Shown here one piece after another: positions 41,001-53,300 of a stretch of DNA of 64,000 bases. The position numbers and the translations under genes were made by a program. Origin of the DNA: Rhynchobatus australiae. Lineage: Eukaryota. A model generated the notes under the pieces. It was not told where the DNA came from. It did not search any database and worked only from the letters and a program-made list of their open reading frames with translations. The stretch spans positions 85,955,153-86,019,152 of the forward strand of contig JAUZTB010000087.1 of assembly GCA_034780895.1 (NCBI GenBank), read 5' to 3'. Numbering within the stretch: the stretch's first letter is position 1; every line of letters begins with the position of its first letter.

Positions 41001-44000
41001 TTTGATACTTAAGTCTCAACTCCTTGAGGACACTAAAGAAATCTGGATGTGTACTTGTGTTTTAGTCTGATCCAGTGATGTTCATGCTGAGCAAATGACA
41101 CTAGGTGGACTTCTATAGTATTGGGAATTCTTATGGTCAAGCTTATGTATGTTCAGCTTGTAATAATGAAATTGGAATGAATGGAGATGGGAGAGCAAGC
41201 TGGGGAAAGAAACAGATGGAAGTTATTGTTGTAGTCAGTTGAAACTAGTAAACATCATGTCTATTTGTAATGACTGTCTTATCCCAATATTCACACAACT
41301 AGGTTGAGATTCATGAAGACTTTATTCAGTCTTGTTTTGATCGATTGAAGGCTTCCTATGACACGTTGTGTGTCCTNNNNNNNNNNNNNNNNNNNNNNNN
41401 NNNNNNNNNNNNNNNNNNNNNNNNNNNNNNNNNNNNNNNNNNNNNNNNNNNNNNNNNNNNNNNNNNNNNNNNNNNNTGTGTCCTGGATGGTGATAAAGAC
41501 AGTATTAATTGTGCAAGACAGGAGGCAATACGGATGGTACGTGTCTTGACAGTACTGCGCGAATACATAAATGAATGCGACAGTGACTACCATGAAGAGC
41601 GAACAATCCTACCCATGTCAAGGTATGTATATTTGAAGGTCTGCTTTCAAGTTAAGATAAAAGATAAATTATGTTCTGACTTATCAACTAAAGTACTAGC
41701 TTTTTTGTTTCCCTATTTATTCGATCTTAATGTTTTTAAAGTTGTGTTTGGGACTATCACACTGAATCTGTTAAACTTTGTCCATATTAAAATCATTCAT
41801 ATTGAAATTATGTAAATTCATAATTCATGTTGTACAAAGTAGTCTTAGTGACACTATAGCTGAAAACAGTATCAGCAGTGCATGTCAGTTGATTTATTTT
41901 CCATTTTTATCGAATCTTTGAGGAACTTTTCCTTTGTAAATTTTACCTTGTCTGTGGATCTGCTCTTCGTAGACTGGTCTTTTAACAAATGTTGAGCAGG
42001 TTAGCTGGAAAAATGTGCTTTGATAAACTTAGTTCAATTGACGATAGTTGTAAAGAACACTCAAGCTGTTTCCCCATTCTGAATCAGAAAACCTTTGGTT
42101 TCTAAAAGGAGACTTCACTTTGGTTTTGTAGTATAATTAAATGGAGCTTGTGATCGAACTTGTCATCACAGCAGTAAATTGCATCTTTTCTGAAATATAG
42201 CCATAGTTACTTGAGCAATATGATACTACTCTAAGATCACAAGATAAGGGAGCAGAAGAAGGCCATTCGGCCCATCAAGCCTGCTCCATGGAAATATGAG
42301 GGAGAAGTGACGGGGGGAAGAGGAGGAGAAAAATTCTAACCCCAATTTCCNNNNNNNNNNNNNNNNNNNNNNNNNNNNNNNNNNNNNNNNNNNNNNNNNN
42401 NNNNNNNNNNNNNNNNNNNNNNNNNNNNNNNNNNNNNNNNNNNNNNNNNNCTCTCTACTCCTCCACCTATCTTGGTGTCGTCCGCAAACTTAGCCACAAA
42501 TCCATTAATTCCATCTTCCAAATCGTCAATGTACAAAGTGACAAGAAGCGGTCCCAACACCGACCCTTGCGGAATGCCACTAGTAACCAGTAGCCATCCA
42601 GACCAGGATCCTCTTATTCCCACCCTCTGTTGTCTGCCAACCAGCCAATGCTCCACCCATTCTGTTATCCTACCGGTGATTCCATGGCCCCTCATCTTAC
42701 TGATGAGGCACTTGTGGGGCACCTTGTCAAAGGCCTTTCATCAAAGATGGTTAATTTGTAATGTCTTGTGTTTGAGACTTTAGATTTCCACCATTTGGAA
42801 TTGCTGGGATCATGAAGCTATTAATTTTTTTTTTAAAACAGAGCTTTTCGTGGGAAACATGTGTCACTGGTTGTACGGTTTCCAAATCAAGGACGTCAAG
42901 TAGAAGATTTGGATATTTGGTCTCACACAAATGACACCATTGGGTCTGTTAGGCGCTGCATCCTCAGTAGAATAAAAGCCAATAGTGCACATACAAAAGT
43001 TGAACTGTTTATTGGTGGTGAACTTGTAGATCCTGCTGATGATAGGAAATTGATTGGACAGTTAAACCTTAAAGATAAAACAGTAAGTACATTGTTGAAA
43101 TACATTTTTAATCATAAAGCTTGACTGAAACAGCCCATTCGTGGTTTAATTTGTCCCCTGTAGGCAGTCATGTTTTTTTTACACTTCATAACTACTTGTT
43201 AATAAGATCAATATTTATAGAATGTTCTTCCATTTGTTTCTTTCAAGGAAATTAACGTGAGCAAAATTATGATCTGTTAACTTTATACAAAAGATGAAGT
43301 TGCTTATAAGAAAATAGCATATTTTAAGGTAGTTATTGGTAGTGAAGGTAATTCGGATGGTGTGTTGCCTGGTGATGGCAACAGTAGTATTATCTGTTGA
43401 GAGTTTGTTTCTGAATTGAACATTTTTTTATGTTGTGCACCCTTTTCAGTGAACCTGTGCAAAGTTTTGCCACACTGGTTGATTAAATCTCTAACAATTT
43501 CCACCTTGAATACTGACAAATTAGTGGGGAGATTTGTTGGAAAATATGCAAAGAATTTTATGTTGTAAATAATTCTAAAGTGAAAATACATATCTCATTT
43601 CACTTGACAGCATCAGTTGTTGTATTATCATTCGTGCTGAGATTTTTTGACCTAGGAGATTGTTTTTGTCTTTAAAATTCACCTTTGTGAAGACATGGGA
43701 TGATCAAAGTTGGTTCAAAAATGGTGATAGAACATTTGGACTGCACTTTGCACTCAGGATACATTGCCAGGAATGAGGCCGTGAATGCATTCAGCACTAA
43801 AAAGGGTCATTTAAGTATAAAAAAGTACATTATTGACAGTACTGCTGAGCACAGCTACGCTGTGAGCCTGGTGTGAACCCCTGCTTCACCAGATGCTGCT
43901 TGTTGCCTTGCCAGGGATCTGGTGCAATCCAGCAATGAATTTCCCACAGCTTAATGTGGAGAGCTTGCTTATGTGGGCTGGTTTGGGCAGGCCAAGATAG

Positions 44001-47000
44001 GTGGTGCAGTTGTTCAGAGCTGAGATATTGGGATCACCCAGGCCAGCGTGATGAATGCAGGCCCTTGTTGGGCAGTGCCTACTCCATGTGATGGCAGACA
44101 ACCCAGATCCTACAGCCTCTCTTGTCACTTCCAATAGGATGTAATAGAAGCAGCTGACTCCCCCATTTCCTTGTTTGACTGCACAATTCTCCTCTGTCCC
44201 TTTTGGTAAAAAGATACCCTTTTGGTAATAAGTTCAACGGGCATTGCTGGACTGCAGCTTCCATTACATTGAACAGGAGGTGATATGTGAGACCAGGTGT
44301 TCTGTCAAAACACAGTCGGCAATTGCCAGCCCCCAGCAATGGCTCTCACTCTCCATGCTGGACAGGATGCAGCTATGAGTCGCACATCTCAGCACTGAAT
44401 GGCCGTAGGGTCTGCCATAACGCATAAAACACTAGCCTTCACAAGCAGTCTCTCCATACCAGTGTTTTGGGTGATTCATTTTATAAGAATACCAGTGCAG
44501 ATTCAGGGATATTCATCAGGTTCACAGCACACTACCAGTGTTTTCCTTAATCGGGGAATATGTCTGTTAGTGTTCAGACTAAGAAACTAAGAATTATATA
44601 TATATGTATATTATATATTCATCCTTTAGGGGAACTGCGTACTAACTTTGCAGCCAAATGTTTGAAGATTTGCCTCTGGTTCTGTATTGTTTTCAAGTAA
44701 TAAAAAATAGGTGCTTCTAGTGCAGGATCAGTTCTCTCTCCCAGCTTGTACCTCCTGAGACCCATTTCGTGGATAAGTTGAGATTTCTATTGAATTTTTG
44801 TTTGTGGAAGATGAAAGCTGGACACTCCCTCAAGGGGAAAGAAAATCTCATTGTCNNNNNNNNNNNNNNNNNNNNNNNNNNNNNNNNNNNNNNNNNNNNN
44901 NNNNNNNNNNNNNNNNNNNNNNNNNNNNNNNNNNNNNNNNNNNNNNNNNNNNNNNNNNNNNNNNNNNNNNNNNNNNNNNNNNNNNNNNNNNNNGTAGTAT
45001 CCTTTGCTATCTGCATAATTGAGAGGCCAAACCTTGAACCCATTTTAAATTTTTCTGGAAGAGGCTTTGAACCGCACTAAAAAGATTCAAAGCACTTCAG
45101 AAAGAACAGGAACATATAAATGTTCTTTACAAAGGCTAAGCTAGCCGAAAATTGTTCCCCTTCCTGCTACCATCTTGCTTTCAACCTTCATTTCCTGGGT
45201 CAACAGCTGTTAGCCTAGAGGAATAATCAGCGGCTCCCCCTGCACAATTATAGGCAGAGAAGGGGTTGATCACTATGTTAAAAGTATGTGTATTTTTTGA
45301 TTTTTTTTGTCTTATCATTTTCTGGTAGGTATTTAAAGATTAAGTGTGTTTATTAATGTGTGCTAAAGCTTTTAGAAAATGGTAGGGCACATTTGTAATT
45401 TTTGGGAGTGTGTTGGTACATAGGAGAGGGCCTTCGGAGTACTGTGTAACTTGTCATCAGTGAGAACTCTGTGCCCCTATTCCTCATGAATATTGAAATA
45501 TGAATGTGGTTTGTGTGATCATCCATAGAATTCACTTAGCTCTCAAAATCCAAATGAGAGAGTGTCTACATTTGGCAGTGTATGTGAGCACCAGTTTCTT
45601 GAGATTTTTGCAATATCGGGTAGATTCTAAAGAAACATTTGTAAAAATTCTTTCANNNNNNNNNNAGTCCATCTGAAAACTCCAACTGATAGTAAAATTT
45701 AGGCAGCATCTCTGTATCCACACAGTAGTATGTATGGGAAATCCCCTTTTAAACTTATCAAAGCATGTTTGAAGTCCATTTTCATTGTTTAATATACAAA
45801 GAAGCTTGTGTAATAGTTTCTCTAAAACCCCACATTTTATTATAACTAAAATACATATTTGGATATTGGCCAATTACAGTTGGAGAAATATCACAGGAAT
45901 CATTGGAACTCTAACCAATCATAAGTATGATTCCAAGAATGTAAATTTCTGCAGTCTATATTCAGTGCTCTATATTACCCTGAGATATGTCTAGAAAGCA
46001 CTTCATTAGTGATGAAGTGCTTTCCAGTTGAAACCCTTGTGGATTGTGTTGCCTTGAATTCAATTTGTAGATGCAGGTTCGTTGTCAAATTTAGCATTTG
46101 CTGGATCCTATTTGCTGATGCTTAAGTAAATTCCCCACTGCTTCTGTTCAATTTTTGTAGATATTCAGTACTTCCAGATGTTTATGCTTGTTATATTGAC
46201 GTACGTTAAGACAAAACAGCATTACTTTGCATTTCTTCTATCAGAAATCTGTAAAAGAATGTTTCATAAACCATAGTGAAGTTTTAATTAATCTTTTGGT
46301 TTTAATTTTGGTAGAATAATTTTTATATTGGAACATTCCAATACCAAAAGAAGCAAAGTGTGTGGGTTACTATGTCCTTCCTGGAATAAAATTAATTATG
46401 TCGTTTTCTTTAACATTAACAGCATCAAGTGATTTCAAATGGAAGAGGTTCTCAGCTCGCAAACTTTAATTCTAAGGTGGTAACTGAAATGGATTGAAGG
46501 CAACAGTGGCATAGTTAGATTAGCACAAGATGTTTAACAAACATTCCACAGACTGTATCTCACTTCATGGGGATACAGTAATAAATTTTCAGAATGGGGG
46601 AGCAATAATTGGAAGAGCCTGATGAGAGAAATGTGGATGCCTCAGTTCTTCACACAGTCCTTTAACCAAAAATAACAGAATTGGCGTGATTCAAAGGAGG
46701 CAGTCCAGAAATTGGATATAACATTTAACAAACGTGGGCAGAGAAAAAAATCAATCAGTACCTGAGTTGTAAATTGTACTTCGTATTAAACATTTTAAAT
46801 TAACTATTGAAGGAGAAAAATGGGATCACATCTGTGCTAATGAACGGTTCATTTTTTAAGCTTATTACAGCCAAGCTAACGCAGATAAGTTCAAATATGC
46901 CATCGAGTCCCGATAGTTCGTCTGATTCTTCAACTGGCTCCCCTGGAAACCATGGTAACCACTACAGTGATGGTCCCAATCCTGAGGTGGAAAGCTGTTT

Positions 47001-47312
47001 ACCTGGAGTGGTAAGCAAGTTATAATAAAGTTTATTATTGTGTTTCTGTAAATGTTTAAAGAAAATTATTTGCATAACATCAGAGAGGACTCTGAACTGT
47101 TTGCTGTGTGTGTCAAAGAATCATAGAAAACTAGCGATACAAAGGAAGGCACTTTGTGACATGATCCATAATGATTGCAAAAAAAAGTTGCCAGCCTAAT
47201 CCCNNNNNNNNNNNNNNNNNNNNNNNNNNNNNNNNNNNNNNNNNNNNNNNNNNNNNNNNNNNNNNNNNNNNNNNNNNNNNNNNNNNNNNNNNNNNNNNNN
47301 NNNNGTGTGTAT

Positions 47313-47351
<39 letters not shown>

Positions 47352-50300
47352 AAAAATATATATATATTTATTAAAAATACATATCAAAATACTTTATAAA
47401 CCCAATTAAGACTTTTTGCTTTTACTATCCTTTGGAGCAGGGAATTCCACACCTATAGCAACTTATCACCATGATAACACCTGCATTGCTCTTTCACAGA
47501 TATTCCCTTTGTCCAAGACATCTTCCCCCACCTCCTCTCCCACTTCTGTTGAAGGGTTAACTCTTTCTTTTTCTACAGATCCTGCTTGACCTGCTGAGTG
47601 TTTCCAACATTATATATTTTTTTCTAATTTTCAGCGTTTACATTTTATTTTGTTTTTGATGTTTCCTCGGATCTACTTTAGATTGAGGTGTTTAAAAAAA
47701 ATTGTTATAAATGACTGCAGACTCATTTCCGACTACTGCTGAGGAAGTGTTGTGAAGGCTAAGGGTGTGAAGTGAACATGCGCATAAATGGGAGCACCTT
47801 TTTCACAATCTCACTATATACCAAAGTGCTTCACTGCCAAAGAAGTAGTGTTTGCAGTGCAGTTACTATTGTGACATTGGAAACAAAGTAGCCAATTTGT
47901 GTACAACATATGCTAATGACTAAATGATCAATTTTGATGTTAATCAATGGAAAATATTAATCAGGACAATTGCTCCCATGCTGTGAAATCTTTTACATAT
48001 GCCTGCGAGTGCAGGTGTGTCTCAATGTCTCATCCCAAAGATAGTATTTCTGACTATGCAACATACACTTGATGCTGCAGCGTCAGCTGAGGTTTTGATT
48101 CTAACATCTCTGGAGTGGGATTTGAATGCAGAATATTTTGACTTGTAAGATAAGGGTGCATCATAAAAGGATGATTGAGATGATACAGTTGTGACTTAGA
48201 ACAAAGAAGAAAAATGGGATGCGTTTTTATTGCCATTAGATTGCAGAATGTGCTGTGTTCTTTACTGCCTTACAGATAGGTCTAAACATTTTTACTTTTG
48301 GAAGGTAGTATTTAATTGAAAGAATTTGGAATATGGTGGTGCCAGGCTGAGGTGATATTGAAAGAACACCTTAATGAGCTTTCCATGCAGTTAAGTGGAT
48401 AGTTGGACAGAATTTTGTGAAGTCTTCTGTTGAATGCTATATAGTAAATTCATCAGGTGTTGATAATTTGAATGGATTATGCCTAAATCCATGAATCACC
48501 TTCCCATTTCCGTTCCGACATTTGTCTGTATTGGATGGGTTCGTGTGTATGCCTGGTTGGTNNNNNNNNNNNNNNNNNNNNNNNNNNNNNNNNNNNNNNN
48601 NNNNNNNNNNNNNNNNNNNNNNNNNNNNNNNNNNNNNNNNNNNNNNNNNNNNNNNNNNNNNNNNNNNNNNNNATTGAGATGTAGGCTGGCATAAACTGAG
48701 ATCCTTGGTATGCTAAGACGAGAGAAAGTTTACATTTTCTGACCTGCAGAAGATATTAGAACTGGGGCCTTTTTGACAGGATGGAATTTCACATTAAAGG
48801 AAACTGTGTCTTATCCATTATGTGGAACCAAGGATTGTTTGTTGGTGTGATTGAGTTCTGATGAAGGGTTAAATCTGTTTCTTTCCTCGCAGTGTACATG
48901 GCCTGCTGAGTATTTCCAACATTTTTCTTTCTATTTCAGATTTCCAGCACCTGTAGTTCTCAATTTTTAAATTGTTGATCAGGTAGTTTATTGTTAATAC
49001 CTATGACTTCCTTGATTCTCGTCAAGCACATCTGATGAAGCCCAGATTGTAATGGGTTGCAGTAGAGTGATTAACAAGGAACTTCTTCGCTTAACTGAGT
49101 GTTCATAAGTTTAACGTAATTGAGAGGAAAAGGGGCATGTGAACTTGTTATACCCTGGGCATGTTGAAAATTTGGGAAGTTGCTGAAAACATTTGTTGAG
49201 TTAAAAATGCTCTTCACAATGTAAAATTACTTGACAAAGCTTTTGAAGTCCCTTAAGCAAGATTGCAGGTCAGCAGCTGGGAAATGGAATTAGGCTGCTA
49301 TATCTATTCAATTTACATCAAGTCAAATTAAGTACTTCCTTTGAAAATACTACATTTATCTGCAATTAAGTTGAATAAGCACCAACAGGTTCACAATTAC
49401 TCTTGTGATTGTTTGGGCAATCTACTAACATCGCAACATTGCACTTATTGCAAGTAAGTTGTATAGTTTTGATAAGGTCACAGTGAATAATGGACTTAAT
49501 ATTTAATATCTCTATACATGCTTCAACTCCACTGTGCATTCCTGCTAGTATGAGGGGAATAGTTGATTTTAAAGGTGTTTTTCCATTGCTGTCTTGCCAA
49601 AAGCAGATGGATTTTGAGCACGCAAATACTTGAAGAAAGAATTCACTTTAAGTTTAGATTTTTCACTTTGTAAGTATATTCAGAACTACTTTACATCCAG
49701 CACATTTTTAATTTCTAGGCCGTTTTTTGCAGGTGAAGATAGAGTTGGTTTGCTCACATTGATGTCTCACCAGTTTATATGTTCAGCATATCATTATGTT
49801 ATAACTTGGATAATTTAGTCATTTTAAATTTGTTTCCTCTGTAGATAATGTCTTTGCATCCCCGATATATTTCCTTTCTCTGGCAAATTGCTGACCTGGG
49901 CAGTAGCCTAAACATGCCACTTCTGAGAGATGGCGCTCGTGTCCTAATGAAACTCATGCCTCCTGGTAAGATACCTTTATAAAGGATAGAACTAGATAAT
50001 GTTGTCTGGTGACATTGGTTGAGAGGTATTGCCATTAAGCTTTCAGTAATGTGAACTTTGAAGACAAAAGGTATGTAATCACTTCTAATAGAACCATAAA
50101 AGAAAATGAGGTAACCTCTATTACTAACATCATGTTCATTGGGAAAACAAGTCAGTGATGGGCTGAATTGCTGGTGAGGGATTATAGTTGTTTGTGGGGA
50201 ATCCGTTATCACAAATATAATTCAAGTCATGGTTTAATAAATTGTATGTTCAATTCTCTTGCATCCTAAGAATTTGTGGACTACGTGGGTAGTATGAGAT

Positions 50301-53300
50301 TAGGAAATGATTGAGTGAATTTGATATCGTGGAGCTTTGTTGAAATTCATTCATGCATAAATACCAGTGTGGATGGATGGCATAAATATTTGGATAATGA
50401 GCAATCATGGTCACTGGTTTGCAACCTGGCTAAATTAGGACATTCTAGATGTAATAATCACAGACACGAAGAAAAGCAATTTATTTTCAAATTGTTATTT
50501 ACCCAATTTCAGGTTCTTTAGTATAATTCTCAGTGGCACTGACTTGCGCACACCATTTCTATATATAAAATCTATTGACACAGCTGATGCATATTAATTT
50601 GTATGTTTCCTTGTTCTTCAAATTTTATGTCCAGCATGATGGAATACTCCCAGTTATTTTTTCTCTCCATGATGTGTACAGTATTAGTCCGTTACAGTGT
50701 GATTACCTTCCTCTATTGGGCTAATGACATTCCTTTCAAAGGATACAAGGGCCTGCTTCCAAAAAAGAATAAGAACTGCTAGACCATAACCAAGATGTCT
50801 TATTGAATCTTGATTTTGTATTTCACTGAATGCAGTTAATGGCATTGGTATTCCTAACTGTAGTTAGTTGGTGTTAAAACTAATCTTTCAGTTAAATCGC
50901 ATGTAGCTGAATAGATAAGACAGCATGCTAAGTTTTGAACTGAGATTAGATTGCGGTCCAAATTGAATATTTTGATTTTCATGTTCTGTTTTGAACATTT
51001 AGCATTAGTTACAAATTCTAATCACGTGCTTCAAACACAATCTGTTTCATCCTACACAAGAACAGAAAATGCTGGANNNNNNNNNNNNNNNNNNNNNNNN
51101 NNNNNNNNNNNNNNNNNNNNNNNNNNNNNNNNNNNNNNNNNNTTTCTCACTTCAGTTCTGAGGAACATTAACTGATTTCTTTTTCCACAGATGCTGCTTG
51201 ACTGTCTGACTTCTTCTAACATGTTCTGTTTTTTGTTTCAGATCCCAGCATCTGCAGTTTTGATTTCATTCTAAATTAGGTTAAAAATTACAGCATTTGA
51301 CACTCACATTGAGTGCCTCCTTAATTTCATTGGAGTTCCTAGAAAAGTGTAAATCTGACAGTATTTTTATTGTTCATGTGTAATTATCTCTCCCTGAAGA
51401 TACTTACTTCTACCATTGTGTTATTTTAATAATTAGAAATACACCTAGATTCCCTTAATATCCAAGAAAATTCATTGTGTCTTAAATACAGGAAGTCCCC
51501 AACTTAGAACGCCCATACTTAGGAACTGACCTTCATGGTCAGTTTGTAAGCGGGCCTGGCCCCTGATCTTACCATGGCGGCGGTACACCTTCTTTGGCCC
51601 AACCCTGGGCCAAGTGCACATATCCAGCCGGGGAACCCCAGGCCAAGTGTATATGTGCGGCTGGGGAACCCTGGGCCAAGTGCGCCTGCGCAGACACTGT
51701 TTTGAGTTGCATACAAAATCGGGTTATGAACTGTCACAGAAACAGAACTTGTTCGTAACCTGGAGACTTCCTGTATACATAATCACTAAGTGTCCACGGT
51801 GTGCTGCATGAAGAACTTTATTCTCAATGCAGTCCTCACTGGCTGATACCTTGTTTTGAGTTTGTGACTCTTGGCTCTAGATACCCCAGTCAGAGGAAAC
51901 ACCATTTGCACATCTGTCAAGCCCTGTTAGAATTGTATTGGTTACAATTCGATTATCTTATTCTTCTACATTCAAGATTTTGCTCATTCTGCTTTGTCTT
52001 CTCATAGCATAATTCTCCATCCCTGGAATATTTCTGTTGAGCATTCATCGCACTATATATACGTACATATATCTTTCCTTGGGTAGGGAGATCTAAGCTG
52101 CATGCAGTCTGGGTACTATCTCACCAGTGCATTATATAATTATAATGAGATATCTTTATCTTATATTGAAATTCTTACTATTAGTTAAAACTGATTGACA
52201 TTGCCAGTGTTTCAAGTTGGTATTCAGAATGCTAACAGAATTGGTCTTTGGGCAACAATTCTATTAAAATTGTTATTTCATAAAATATCTCAAAGAAAAC
52301 TCAGCTTTAGTGGACCACATTTTGAATAACAGCAAAGAATTATCTTTAAATCATGGGATATCAACATGTCACTTTATCCTATGATTTTAGAACCAACTGT
52401 TTTCAAAACCTTTTGATTTATTCCCAAATCTATGACTATTTAGTTTTAAAATTTGCCCTTGTTCTCCTGCTATGTCATTTGTAGTTCACAGAATTTCTTG
52501 GCATTTTTACACTGGTATGTAATTTTTCAGTATGAATTAATCTTCATTTTATCTACATTTTGTAAATATTTTTTTGAAAACATATGCCAAAGACCTTGCA
52601 AAAGGCACACTCTGCAGCTTATTGAAATGAATAAAGTTTCTTGTCTTCATCATTCCATGAACCAAAACATGGAAGCCATATAAAATGCTCTTTATGTTAA
52701 GCATCATGTTGTTTTGAATCATCTAGCCCTAAATATTTAAACAAGGATACAATGCCATTTTGGCTTTTTTTTCCTCCCAAAGTTTTAATAACAGTTGTTG
52801 GGGTTCAAAAGGTGTCTGCAGTTAGAAAGACATTAAAGATATAATTCATTCTGTTAGTATTTACAGTTACAAACAAGTCTTTAAATCTTCTATCCAAGTA
52901 GAGAATTTTGAGCTTGCCTGTCATTCGTGGGTATTGCTGTAATTTTGTCATTCTGTGTCTGAGCTTTCTTTGAATAGTTAAAGTAATTGGCCCTAAAATT
53001 GATGTATCCCAGAAGAAAATGGGGAACTCCTCTCTGCTTAATAAATTGTTGCCAGTACCTGTGACCAAATTTTCTTCAATTCCACATGGAGCATCGTAAT
53101 CTCTTTACCAGCATGTGAACCCTGTTACCATGTAGCATGTATTTCCATGCCCAAACTTTCTGCCCTGGAAAGGTGCAAGAGAAAGATGAGCAGTTTGATC
53201 ACTCCACACTGCTCCAGTATCGTGTGCTTCTGCTTTGCACTTTAGAGATTACCGTGCTTGGAATTTAATCTTGCTGCCGGTGCCACACAATAGTGAAGGC

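Noticed and set aside
49799-50212. 137-aa minus-strand ORF overlapping exon 21
   Set aside because: Antisense shadow of a coding exon with no domain or splice support.
51601-51693. CRISPR-like periodic repeat
   Set aside because: Vertebrate intron, units are adjacent diverged tandem copies without unique spacers, and there are no cas genes.
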